A stretch of 63,884 nucleotides of DNA, the filler included. It is 8 parts of 8 records of this genome, joined end to end, with 100 filler letters (N's around TTAATTAATTAA, not from the genome) between each part and the next. Parts side by side here need not be neighbours in the genome. Positions count along the whole stretch, not along the records: positions 19,185 to 24,322 come from SRR31147125_40062; positions 24,423 to 33,428 come from SRR31147125_40132; 6 more parts are not named here. One strand, 5' to 3'. A program made the translations under genes and the position numbers. Under the pieces are notes generated by a model. That model had not been told where the DNA came from and did no database searches. It worked only from the letters and a program-made list of their open reading frames with translations. Shown here piece by piece: positions 22,028-31,407 of the stretch (position 1 is the first letter of the stretch; each line of letters begins with the position of its first letter).

Positions 22028-22070
22028 GTGCCGGAGCCGACATCCTGTTGTTCGGTTCCGGCACTTTTTT
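22028..22070 (+). terminator. Rho-independent terminator
   Basis: GTGCCGGAGCCGA...TCGGTTCCGGCAC followed by T6. Confidence 0.85.
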
Positions 22071-22295
22071 CCCGAATCATCAGACCGTTTGGGGGGCCCC
22101 TCGTTTGTTTGAAGTGATCCGCCATCGAAGAAACGATCTTTCTTCTCCCCACTGTCCCGACCATATATGGAAGATCCTGAATCGCCCATAATATAATCGC
22201 ACTTCGACCAGCAGACTCCGGGCTGTCGAATCAGTCCAGCCGGTACACCGACAGCCTGCTGCTGTTCAGGAGATTGTGTTCCTTGGGAGACTGTC

Positions 22296-23930
22296 ATGAA
22301 TAGATATTTACCCTACATCATCCGTTCCACCGAAGATCGGGTCGCTGATTTTCTGAAGAGGCAGATCACCGACCCCAAGCGAAGGGACTATGGCGGCCTG
22401 GGACAAACACTCATCGATCCCAAGCCGACGGTCTATGCACTGGCGTCGGTTGTGGCGGCATACTGCTGTGACGAAAGCAGGTATTACCGGAATCCGGCTC
22501 TTAAGGGCCCGATCGGCAACGCATTGGATTTCGTCGCCGGGGAACTTCGCGAGACCGGTACATTCGATTTCCCTTCCTGCAATTTCTCTTCGGCTCCGGA
22601 TACGGCCTTCATTCTGAAACAGCTTTTTCCCATACACACCCTGTTGGAAAAAACAGCGGGCCACGAGCTGGATGAAGAGAGAGCCAGGATACGGGCCATC
22701 ATTGAGCATGCCGTCATCGGTGTGAGGGATGGAGGATTCCACACGCCGAATCATCGCTGGGCCATCGCTGCAGCCCTGTATCAGGGCAGCAGCCTGTTCA
22801 GAAACGAAGCTTTCGCGACATCCCTCAAAGAAAAAGCGGACATGTATCTGGCCGAAGGAATCGACATCAATGAGGACGGAGAATATGCAGAACGCTCCAC
22901 CGGGAATTACAACGCAGTAGTCAACTCATCGATGATCACTCTTTATGAAGAAACCGGAGATGAGAAATACCTTACCTATGTCCGGAAGAATCTGGAAATG
23001 ATGCTGATGTTCATGGATTCCGATGACACCATCTTCACCGAGAACTCCACCCGTCAGGATAGAGGGACCAGAGAATACGGATATAAGTATTTCTACCATT
23101 ACCTCTATATTGCGGAACGCGACGGTCCGGGGCTTTTTGACAGCGCGGCCCATAAACTCATCCATGACAATGTCCAGAAGGGTGATGCCGCACCATTGTG
23201 TCTTCATCGTCTGATGGTCAACGAACGACTGATGACCCATTCCTTCAAAGACAAGGGATACCCGGTAGAGTATCGGAAGCATTTCAGGGCTTCAGGCGTC
23301 TTAAGGCACCGCAAGGGGAAATTCACCTACTCGGTTCTTGAGAACAAACGGACGTTTCTGATCATGAACTACAATGGGATGCTGATCAGTGCCGGAATCG
23401 GCATCAGCTACGGCGATACCAGGAGTTTCGTCGTCCAGGATCTCCTTCAAACACAGAACGGGTGCAGCATGCGGTATGAAGCCGAAGGATGGTACTACAC
23501 ACCGTTCACAGAAACTCAGGGAACGGCCGACTGGTGGGCAATGGACCACAGTAAAAGGGAGAAGCTGATCAACAGCCGTCTGGGGATGACTGTGGAGCTC
23601 ACGGGCATGGATCACGGTCTCGACCTGACGATCCGCAGCGATGGCTATGAGAGAATCCCGGTTCGTCTGGAAATAGCCCTTCCTGACCAGGGAAAGCTGA
23701 CATCGGATTTCTTCGAGATAGCAACCGTCGCCGGCCACAAAATGATTCTGAAGGAGGGCATGCTGACCGTTGATGACGGGAATAGCAGCTGCACTTTCGG
23801 ACCGGGATTCGGCCTGCATGGATTCACCGGTCACTATTCCGGAGAAGAAGAAGATCGGAATCACTTTGTCATTGTCATGACGGACTATTCCCCCATGGAC
23901 AGAACCGTCTCCTTCAGGTTTGCAGATTAA
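22296..23930 (+). CDS. Hypothetical cytoplasmic protein, possibly heparinase II/III / oligo-lyase-like fold
   Basis: 544 aa ORF; GGFHTPNHRW and DGEYAERSTGNYN motifs; helical N-half and beta-rich C-half; follows sugar ABC genes. Confidence 0.55.
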   Translation: MNRYLPYIIRSTEDRVADFLKRQITDPKRRDYGGLGQTLIDPKPTVYALASVVAAYCCDESRYYRNPALKGPIGNALDFVAGELRETGTFDFPSCNFSSAPDTAFILKQLFPIHTLLEKTAGHELDEERARIRAIIEHAVIGVRDGGFHTPNHRWAIAAALYQGSSLFRNEAFATSLKEKADMYLAEGIDINEDGEYAERSTGNYNAVVNSSMITLYEETGDEKYLTYVRKNLEMMLMFMDSDDTIFTENSTRQDRGTREYGYKYFYHYLYIAERDGPGLFDSAAHKLIHDNVQKGDAAPLCLHRLMVNERLMTHSFKDKGYPVEYRKHFRASGVLRHRKGKFTYSVLENKRTFLIMNYNGMLISAGIGISYGDTRSFVVQDLLQTQNGCSMRYEAEGWYYTPFTETQGTADWWAMDHSKREKLINSRLGMTVELTGMDHGLDLTIRSDGYERIPVRLEIALPDQGKLTSDFFEIATVAGHKMILKEGMLTVDDGNSSCTFGPGFGLHGFTGHYSGEEEDRNHFVIVMTDYSPMDRTVSFRFAD

Positions 23931-23998
23931 GGCCTCTCGGGTCCGTACGCGTTGAGTAATTTTCCAAGAGACCGCGTCAGAATGAAATGGGAGGCTTC

Positions 23999-24322
23999 GT
24001 GTCCAACAAAAAACTGGTTTCGGTCATGATGATGGTATCCGGCGAACTGGAAGGCAGTCCGGATAATAAGGCGAGGATGGCTCTGGTCGAAGAAAGGCTG
24101 GCATTGATCGGACAGCTCGAAGAAGAATTGAATGACCTGGGCTTCTGCTATGATGAGGTTCTTCCGGATGTCCCGGCGGAACAGCTGTCCGTCCGGCTTC
24201 ATGTCGCAGACGAATACGGCGACGCCTTGTGTGCCAGAGCGAAATTGTATCCGATGACCTCCGAGCTTCGAACATCGAAGGATCGAAGCATCCATCACCA
24301 GATCGATATGATCCATCGCAAT
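23999..24322 (+). CDS. Hypothetical protein (contig-truncated)
   Basis: GGAGG RBS before GTG at 23999; frame open to contig end. Confidence 0.55.
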
Positions 24323-24422
24323 NNNNNNNNNNNNNNNNNNNNNNNNNNNNNNNNNNNNNNNNNNNNTTAATTAATTAANNNNNNNNNNNNNNNNNNNNNN
24401 NNNNNNNNNNNNNNNNNNNNNN

Positions 24423-24507
24423 GGACAAACATGATCAGAACGGCAACCAGCCGGACGACTGCTTGCCGATATACACAAGGGCCGGGTTCTCTTCTGTCTA
24501 TCAGCAT
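24423..24507 (-). CDS. N-terminus of a truncated, probably exported protein
   Basis: GGAG RBS; MLIDRREPGPCVYRQAVVRLVAVLIMFV open to contig edge. Confidence 0.4.
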
Positions 24508-24695
24508 CGTAAAACTCCGTATTCGCAATGGTTCTGTTGCGCCTTAGCACCTGGACGATTCCTGGTATTTCCTATCGATGTTTCAGGCAGCTTCTCGGAG
24601 CAGGTTGTCCGGATATAAGGGAGAATATGTGTTGCGTGCCTGAAGGTCAAGTCGAATGGGAGACGACAACAGTCGAGAACTCATGGGCATGCTGT

Positions 24696-25448
24696 TTAGA
24701 ACCTGAAGCCGACGCCGAATACCGGTCCACTGACCTGCATGCTGTCCATCAGCTTGTCATCGCCCATCTCGATATCGAGATGCCGGTAGCCTAAGCGGAT
24801 GTCTCCCCAGCCAAAGCGGTAACCGATCGCCGCATAGAGCTGGTAGCTCAGGTCCGATCCGCCGGTTCCGATATCCGCGTAGTAGGGCAGGAACCAGTTG
24901 TCGTTGAACATAACCTGCCCGCGCAGGCCGACGAACCCGTCCATCAGGTTCTCGGAATCCGACATGTTGGTTTTCGAAGCGCTCTGCAATGACAGGTCGA
25001 CATCCACATCCAGACTCAGGTAGCGCACTCCGCCGACTATACCAAGGACTCCCCTGTCTGAGTGAACCACGTCGTAACCGATCCCGGCGTTAACGAGCCA
25101 CGAGCTGATATCGAGATCCGCCGAGGCGGTTCCCAATGAGGTGGCCGCCTCACCATCGCCGCCTACATCCATATAGACCGCATCGACGATCACGGACCAC
25201 CTGCCGGTTCGACCCTCGTATCCCCCCATGAACATCAGCTCGAGGTCTTCAAGGATGTCTGAGGCCTCGAGCTCAACACTTGATTCAGTCCCGCCAGGAG
25301 ACTGCACCGTCCCATCGAGACCTGCATACCAGCCGTAAATGGTTATCTGATTCTCCCAGCCGGCGGCCTGTGCACCAGTACCGAAGGCCAGGAGACCGAG
25401 AATGCTTGCCACTACAGCCAGCCGGGGATGAACTTGTTGTTTCTTCAT
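24696..25448 (-). CDS. Outer membrane beta-barrel protein
   Basis: Signal peptide (AQA), alternating beta strands, YADIGTGGSDL, C-terminal GVGFRF. Confidence 0.8.
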   Translation of the reverse strand: MKKQQVHPRLAVVASILGLLAFGTGAQAAGWENQITIYGWYAGLDGTVQSPGGTESSVELEASDILEDLELMFMGGYEGRTGRWSVIVDAVYMDVGGDGEAATSLGTASADLDISSWLVNAGIGYDVVHSDRGVLGIVGGVRYLSLDVDVDLSLQSASKTNMSDSENLMDGFVGLRGQVMFNDNWFLPYYADIGTGGSDLSYQLYAAIGYRFGWGDIRLGYRHLDIEMGDDKLMDSMQVSGPVFGVGFRF

Positions 25449-25585
25449 TGTTCCCTCCTTTTTTTGATAAGTAACGTAACCGATTCAACTCCTGAGTCGA
25501 TATAAACAATACAGCCGTCCCGAAACTGCCCTGTAGAAAGAACCGTTTCGAAACCCGCAGCACGAATATCCCCGATCCACCTGTT

Positions 25586-26683
25586 TTATCGTGAGAGAGG
25601 TTCCTTGTTTTTGAGCTCGGCACTCTTTCTCGCAACCGCCTCGAGCAGCATGACCCACTCAACGGACATCCATTCGATATAATCGTCCTGCAGCGCATCG
25701 GCGACGGCCTCCAGATCCAGGCCGTCTCGAACTGCCTCGTCCAACACCTCCTCGCAGTCCCCTCCATCCCCTGTCATAGGGCTGTCCGCAACGGGTTGGC
25801 CGATAAACCTCTCTATCGACTCATCGGGAAGGGCAACAACGGTGTATGGAGCAACCAATTTATTGTAGAGGGCAGTGTTCGGCGCAGGCAGGTTGGTCCC
25901 CCCGGCATACGTCCAGACCAGGCGCAGTTGACGTACTCCGCTGCTGAACACCCGTCCCCACTTTTCAGAATTGCCGAGTTCCCGCATGAACCGGTATATT
26001 TTCCTGCCTGTTGCAACGGACAGGTCCGTCGCCTGATCCCGATGATACAGACGTGACAGTTCGGCCTCCAACCGGGCGATATTGATGGTGATAAAGGTCG
26101 AAACGACTACCCTTCTGGCGCTTTCAATACGCCGCTCGATTCCCGCCAGGCAGCTATCAGCGATCGCAGAGTATTGTGCAGGTGAGTAGATATTGGCGAT
26201 ACTGATCGGAATCCCAAGATACACCAGCTCTTCGATTATCGGGATTCGATCTGCACGCGCGGGGAGACAGAGGAGCACGTTGGGGCGGTCAATCGTATCG
26301 TGGATGTCTGTGAGCATCGAGACCAGACTATCGTTGTCGGAAGCGGATAACGGGGAGACGGGGATCGTTGCCCACCCGTCCACTCCGTCTGTCTGTTCGA
26401 ACACTGCCCTCAACAGGTCCGCTGCATACCTGACATCGTCGTAGATCACGCTGCAGGCCAGCGACTCTCCGTACAATCCGTCGCCAAGTTTTCTCAGAAT
26501 TGCGGCATCGTACACGTCACTCTCAGCGATTGCGCAGCGAAAGGCCTGGGGACTGAACGTGAGACCGGTGATCAGGAGATCATCGACATAGCGTGTCAAC
26601 GTGCCGTCCTGTATCACCGCACGCGAGATGTGACCGAGCCAGAGACTCTGGCCAACGGACTGCTGCTTCTCCAGTACACCCAC
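25586..26683 (-). CDS. Transaldolase-family protein lacking catalytic residues
   Basis: Follows type-2 transaldolase throughout (GQSLWL, GTL.RY, VYDAAI, DGVDGW, RPNV) but WLD>WLG, TSNP>TFSP, EVSP>PVSP, IKIP>LCLP. Confidence 0.8.
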   Translation of the reverse strand: MGVLEKQQSVGQSLWLGHISRAVIQDGTLTRYVDDLLITGLTFSPQAFRCAIAESDVYDAAILRKLGDGLYGESLACSVIYDDVRYAADLLRAVFEQTDGVDGWATIPVSPLSASDNDSLVSMLTDIHDTIDRPNVLLCLPARADRIPIIEELVYLGIPISIANIYSPAQYSAIADSCLAGIERRIESARRVVVSTFITINIARLEAELSRLYHRDQATDLSVATGRKIYRFMRELGNSEKWGRVFSSGVRQLRLVWTYAGGTNLPAPNTALYNKLVAPYTVVALPDESIERFIGQPVADSPMTGDGGDCEEVLDEAVRDGLDLEAVADALQDDYIEWMSVEWVMLLEAVARKSAELKNKEPLSR

Positions 26684-26782
26684 ACCTGCCTCCCGTTCGT
26701 TTTCGATAGACTCGTGCCGAATCTCCCCGGTATCCGATACCGAGAAGAACGACTGCCGGGATCACCATCTTCAAATGATATC

Positions 26783-26798
26783 AGCAATCGTCGTGCCA
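26783..26798 (-). promoter_or_regulatory. Sigma54 -24/-12 promoter
   Basis: TGGCAC-GACGA-TTGCT, perfect consensus, 100 nt upstream of the transaldolase-like gene. Confidence 0.85.
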
Positions 26799-26837
26799 GC
26801 GGCTCGCCCCCCGTGTCTGATAGCAGACAGAATGGAA

Positions 26838-26850
26838 TATCAAGGCCTTA
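26838..26850 (+). promoter_or_regulatory. IHF binding site
   Basis: TATCAA-GGCC-TTA matches WATCAA-N4-TTR, between sigma54 promoter and enhancer. Confidence 0.65.
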
Positions 26851-26894
26851 TAGCGATACAGGTGGTATTCTGCTGAAATGGGCAGGTACGCCCC

Positions 26895-26928
26895 CCTCAA
26901 TAAGCCGAAGAACCGTAAAATGCTGAGG
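26895..26928. promoter_or_regulatory. Tandem upstream activator sequence (UAS)
   Basis: CCTCAATAAGCCGAAG and CCGTAAAATGCTGAGG, 18-bp period, matching CCTCAA-N4-TTGAGG. Confidence 0.65.
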
Positions 26929-26950
26929 GAGGGAGCGGGAGGAGATACCT

Positions 26951-28923
26951 TCAGGACGGACGGGTAATACCCAGTTTTTTCATTCGGAAACGGAGAGTGC
27001 TCGGATGAATGTCGAGAATGGCCGCGGCACCGCCTGCACCCTCAATCTTCCACCCGGCCAGCGTCAGCACGCGCGTGATGTGGTCGCGCTCGTTGGAGAT
27101 GAGATCCTTGATGGTATCATCCCCGGCAGGCTGAACCAACGCCCCCACGGGCAGCAGCTGTTCACTGACGACAAGAGCGGGACCGGGACTTACGATGACG
27201 CTGCGCTCAATCAGGTTTTCAAGTTCCCTGATATTTCCCGGCCACTGGTAACCGACCAGGCCGTCAAGCGTGCGTTTGGGGATCCGGTCAATGCGCCTGC
27301 CCATTTTCTGCGCATATTTCTCGGTGAAATAGTGCGCCAGCAGCGGAATGTCCTCTTTCTCTCCCGCAACGGTGGAAGTGTGATTGGGTAAACGTTGAGC
27401 CGGTAGAACAGATCTTCACGAAAACGATTATTTTTCACATCGTCTGCGAGGTTTCGGGCGGTGGCCGCGATAACCCTCACATCCACGGATACGGTCCGTG
27501 AACTTCCCAGTCTTTCGAACTCCCCATCCTGGAGGACCCTGAGCAGTTTGGCCTGCATCTCAAGGGGTAACTCACCGATCTCATCGAGGAAGATGGTCCC
27601 GTTGTGGGCGACCTCGAAGCGGCCGGCCTGTTTCGAGTCGGCGCCGGTGAACGCGCCCCTCTCCCGCCCGAACAATTCGTTTTCAATCAGATTATTCGGG
27701 AGCGCAGCGCAGTTTACTGTCACGAAGGGGTGAGCACTCCGGTCGCTCATCTGGTGGACGGTATTGGCGATAATGCCTTTGCCCGTTCCGGTTTCACCTG
27801 TGAGCAGCACGGTGGCGGGGGTCGGGGCCACCTGCCTGGCCGAGAGCAGAACCTTTGTGAACGACTTGCTTTCACCGATGATGTGCTCGAACCCCTGAAC
27901 CTTCTTCAAGTCCTCGCGCAGGTAGTAATTTTCCTGCTCGACCTGGTGCTTGAGCTCCTCGATCTCGAGCAGATGCGTTTTCAGCTGTTCTTCGAGCTGC
28001 TTGCGTTCACTGATATCGATGGACACACCGAGCATGCGCGTCGGGCTTGAATCACCGTCAAAATAGGGCCTGCCGCGGGAATCTATCCACTTGAGTTGCC
28101 CACCTTCCGCGTTGATCCGGTATTCGATGCTGAGATGTGTTTTTTCGAAACTCGTTGCAATGGCCTGCCTGACGCGATCCAGATCCTCGGAGTAAATGGC
28201 CTCCTCGAACCGGGCCATCGTCACCGGCTGTCCCGGCATGAACCCGAATATCTCCAGCCCGTATTTGGTCGACCAGAACTCGTTGGCCCGGCAGTCAAGT
28301 TCCCAGATGCCGGTTTCGGCCGACTCGGTGGCCAGGCAGAGGCGTTCCTCGCTCTCCACAAGATCTTCTATCATCTGTTTCCTCACCAGGGTGTTGGCAA
28401 GAATGTCCGCAACCAGCTTCAACCGTTTCACGTCACCCTCACCCCACACCCGCCTCTTGCCCAGCAGATCGAAGCTGATGATTCCGGTAACCGGCTCGCC
28501 CCCGGCCTTAAGCGGGATCACCACTGACGACTCCACCCCGAAATGGCACCTGGTTGCCACGTCAACAGCGGCCTCGTCAGGTAGCTCGTCGTTCATGAAC
28601 GCCAAGACCTTCCCTTCAAGCAACTTCCCGTAAATCCATGGAAATGAGACAGATGCGTCAATTTCAGTCGGTTTGTCGGGGCCTCCGGCGATAGTGTGGA
28701 GGTGGGTGATGGTCATCAGGTTCGCGTCTTCGTCGGACCACTGCCACAGGACGGCGAGATCCAGGTCCAGCGTTTCGCAGATTTTCTCCAGGGTTGCTTC
28801 GATGACCTCATCGACCGCGCTGGCCGGCAGGTTGATGAGCAGCGTAGAGACCTCCAGCAGCATTTCTTCAAATTCGCGGTGCCGGGAGACTGACGCTCCA
28901 TCCCCCTCTACAGACTGAGGCAT
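26951..28923 (-). CDS. Sigma54-dependent activator (GAF-PAS-AAA+-HTH, FhlA-like); frameshift near 27357
   Basis: GETGTGK, ELFGRERGAFTGA, FLDEIGE, FREDLFYRLNVYPI, WPGNIRELEN, C-terminal HTH; one added A restores PPLRERKEDIPLL. Confidence 0.92.
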
Positions 28924-29070
28924 GATTTCTTCCCTACGCTGCAGTTCTTCAAGTTACGGCCGGGTAACCGGGAAAGGCCCCACCTCTCACACCCTTACAA
29001 AACTTGCGAGAAGCCCCAACACACATGGATAGGTACTCCCGGCGGCGCCGTGTTGTTCGGATTACACAAT

Positions 29071-30399
29071 CTAGAACGGATGCCCGAACATCACCCACGC
29101 AGTCATCCCTTCATCCGATGCCGCCATATCGAAGCGGACCACCGCACCCGCCGTCATCGCACGAATACCGATCCCGGCATCGACCTTCCAGTCCGAGAAC
29201 AGCTCCTCGAGGTCATACTCGCCGGCGACCCTGCCGCCCTCGACGAAACCGACCAGCTGGAACCAGTCGAGCTTGAGCCAGCGCAGCCATCTCACCCCGG
29301 CCACGGGATTCCACTTGAGGGTGTGCCGGTATTCAGCGGTGGTGTAGATGACCGAACGGTCGTTAAAGCGGTTGTTGGGGTATCCTTTCATCCGGTAGAA
29401 GCCGCCAAGGGTGGCGCCTTCGAAAAACGGCGGGTTGTTGTCGACCACGATATCCCCGTCATCATTGACCGATTCGCTCCAGGAAGGCGAGCTGCCGGTC
29501 CAGAAGTTGAGGGCAATAATGCGTTGCCTGGCAAGTCTGGCGGGCCCCAGGTCGAAATACTTGGATGCCTCGAATTCGAAAAACGACCAGTCGCCAGCGA
29601 CCCCGTCGCTGAAATCCTGGTGATAGGCGAGATACTGGTAGCTCCCCTTTGACGGGTTTACCGGGAAATCGGTATTGTTGTAGAGGTAGGCGAGACGGAA
29701 CGGGAAGGTGTCACCCTCGTAAAGAAAGTCGTCAACCTCGTAGTTCTGATAGCGGGTTTTCTGCCCGAAAAGCAGCACGGAGAGGCCGGACTCAAGCGGA
29801 TTCCAGCTGTCCCCACCACTGGCCCCGGAGGTGAGGATACCGTTTTCCAGGCGATATTCAGCTGACGGGTTGTTCTTCCCGCTGCCCAACGGCAGCACGT
29901 ATTCGAACTTCAGATCGTACCAGTTGTCGTCGCCCTCGTCCTGGATGTAGTTGTCCTCGTCCGAGTTGTTGGTTCCCGACTGAGGCGGATACTGGCCGGA
30001 CGCACGCCTCGGCGCCTCGGTGTACGCACGCTGCCGGGGGTAATGAGCAACGGAACCCAGAACCGAGAAGTAGAGCCTGTCCAGAAACGGGATACGGTAA
30101 TCCCACAGCCCACCGAGGAAGCCGTAGGCCTCGTCAGCACTGCCGAAGACCGTACCGGCAACCAGCATCTGGTCCTGGTGGTACCCTTTGACGAACCCGC
30201 CAAGCCCGAAAGTGGTTCCCATCGAATCCGACGGGAACGCGTACGGCAGCAGCAGGCTTTCTTTACCCTGTTTCGGATTCTCGACACGGATCACCGAGTA
30301 TTTCGTCGACGCGTCCGGTTTGGACCAGCAGGGGGTTGAAAGGGTGAGAATCAATACCGTTGCCGCGAGCAACGATACCGGTAGGGTTAACTGTCTCAT
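29071..30399 (-). CDS. Omp85/BamA-TamA-like outer membrane barrel without obvious POTRA domains
   Basis: Signal peptide; NTDFPVNPSKG, LGGFYRMKGYP.NRF, DAGIGIRA, terminal GHPF. Confidence 0.8.
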   Translation of the reverse strand: MRQLTLPVSLLAATVLILTLSTPCWSKPDASTKYSVIRVENPKQGKESLLLPYAFPSDSMGTTFGLGGFVKGYHQDQMLVAGTVFGSADEAYGFLGGLWDYRIPFLDRLYFSVLGSVAHYPRQRAYTEAPRRASGQYPPQSGTNNSDEDNYIQDEGDDNWYDLKFEYVLPLGSGKNNPSAEYRLENGILTSGASGGDSWNPLESGLSVLLFGQKTRYQNYEVDDFLYEGDTFPFRLAYLYNNTDFPVNPSKGSYQYLAYHQDFSDGVAGDWSFFEFEASKYFDLGPARLARQRIIALNFWTGSSPSWSESVNDDGDIVVDNNPPFFEGATLGGFYRMKGYPNNRFNDRSVIYTTAEYRHTLKWNPVAGVRWLRWLKLDWFQLVGFVEGGRVAGEYDLEELFSDWKVDAGIGIRAMTAGAVVRFDMAASDEGMTAWVMFGHPF

Positions 30400-30483
30400 A
30401 AGTCATTTCCCTCGAATATTGATCGATTATTGTATGAGTGACTGGTGCAGAAAGTATCCCTGCAGGTCTCTGCACCGGCTGAG

Positions 30484-30499
30484 TGCAAACAGCATTCCA
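30484..30499 (-). promoter_or_regulatory. Sigma54 -24/-12 promoter
   Basis: TGGAAT-GCTGT-TTGCA (GG-N10-GC), 85 nt upstream of the Omp85-like gene. Confidence 0.7.
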
Positions 30500-30595
30500 C
30501 TATCATCAGCCCGACACATTCTCGACAAAGGCCTGCCGCTTCGTCTGTTTCACCCCGGAATCTCAAGCACAGCAAAGCGTTGCCGTTCAGCCAGG

Positions 30596-30629
30596 CCTCA
30601 ACATGCGGACGATCCTCAATATGTTGAGG
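30596..30629. promoter_or_regulatory. Tandem upstream activator sequence (UAS)
   Basis: CCTCAACATGCGGACG and CCTCAATATGTTGAGG (perfect 6-bp arms), 18-bp period. Confidence 0.7.
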
Positions 30630-30661
30630 GGGAAGCAGGTGCCAGAAACCGGCATATCGCC

Positions 30662-31348
30662 TCAATACACTCCGGTATCCGCACGTGGGTCACCGTCACA
30701 GATCGCGGCCAGCGACGAATACCCGGCACCGAGCCGGGTGACCCCCATATCGAGATAGGCCCGTGCCTGGATACCGTCTCTGATGCCCCCGGATGCCTTC
30801 ACCTGGATTCGGCCTCGAGCCGTATCGAGCATGGTGCGCACGGCTTCCTCCGTTGCCCCGCCGCTCGCAAAGCCTGTTGAGGTTTTCACGAAATCTGCCC
30901 CGGCCTCGATCGCGCACTCGGTTGCCTGCACGATCTGTTCAGCCGTGAGTTCCGAGGTCTCCAGGATCACCTTGACCGGTACGCCGCTTGCCCCGGTGAC
31001 AGCGGTTACCGCTTCGATGTCGTCAGTGACCCTTTCCCACGCACCGGAGCGGATTAATCCGTAGTTTGCCACCATGTCGATCTCATCCACTCCGCTGTCG
31101 AGATAGGCCTGTGCGGCGGATGCCTTCACCAGACTGAGTTCGCAGCCGTGGGGAAAGCCGAGCACCACGCAGACTCCGGTGGAGGTCCCGCGGCACAAAT
31201 CGACCGCGAGTTCGATATCGCAGGGGCGGATGCACACCGTGATGCAGTCGTAGCCAATAACCGTCTCAATCGCCTCCCGGGTCTTGTCCTGCTCCAGATC
31301 AGGATACAGGATTGCCGCATCCAGGTAGCGTGCTGTCGATTGTTTCAT
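30662..31348 (-). CDS. deoC: Deoxyribose-phosphate aldolase
   Basis: VLGFPHG, DEIDMV, KVILET, ADFVKTSTGF, VKASGGIR; likely start ATG 31348. Confidence 0.92.
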   Translation of the reverse strand: MKQSTARYLDAAILYPDLEQDKTREAIETVIGYDCITVCIRPCDIELAVDLCRGTSTGVCVVLGFPHGCELSLVKASAAQAYLDSGVDEIDMVANYGLIRSGAWERVTDDIEAVTAVTGASGVPVKVILETSELTAEQIVQATECAIEAGADFVKTSTGFASGGATEEAVRTMLDTARGRIQVKASGGIRDGIQARAYLDMGVTRLGAGYSSLAAICDGDPRADTGVY

Positions 31349-31407
31349 CTTCCCATCTCCCATGCGCAACGCAGAGTTTGGGCCAAAAAACAATATTTCA
31401 ACGTAGC

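Noticed and set aside
30396-30665. 89-aa minus-strand ORF bridging deoC and the Omp85-like gene
   Set aside because: Overlaps the sigma54 promoter and UAS and has no recognisable motifs; the region is better explained as regulatory.
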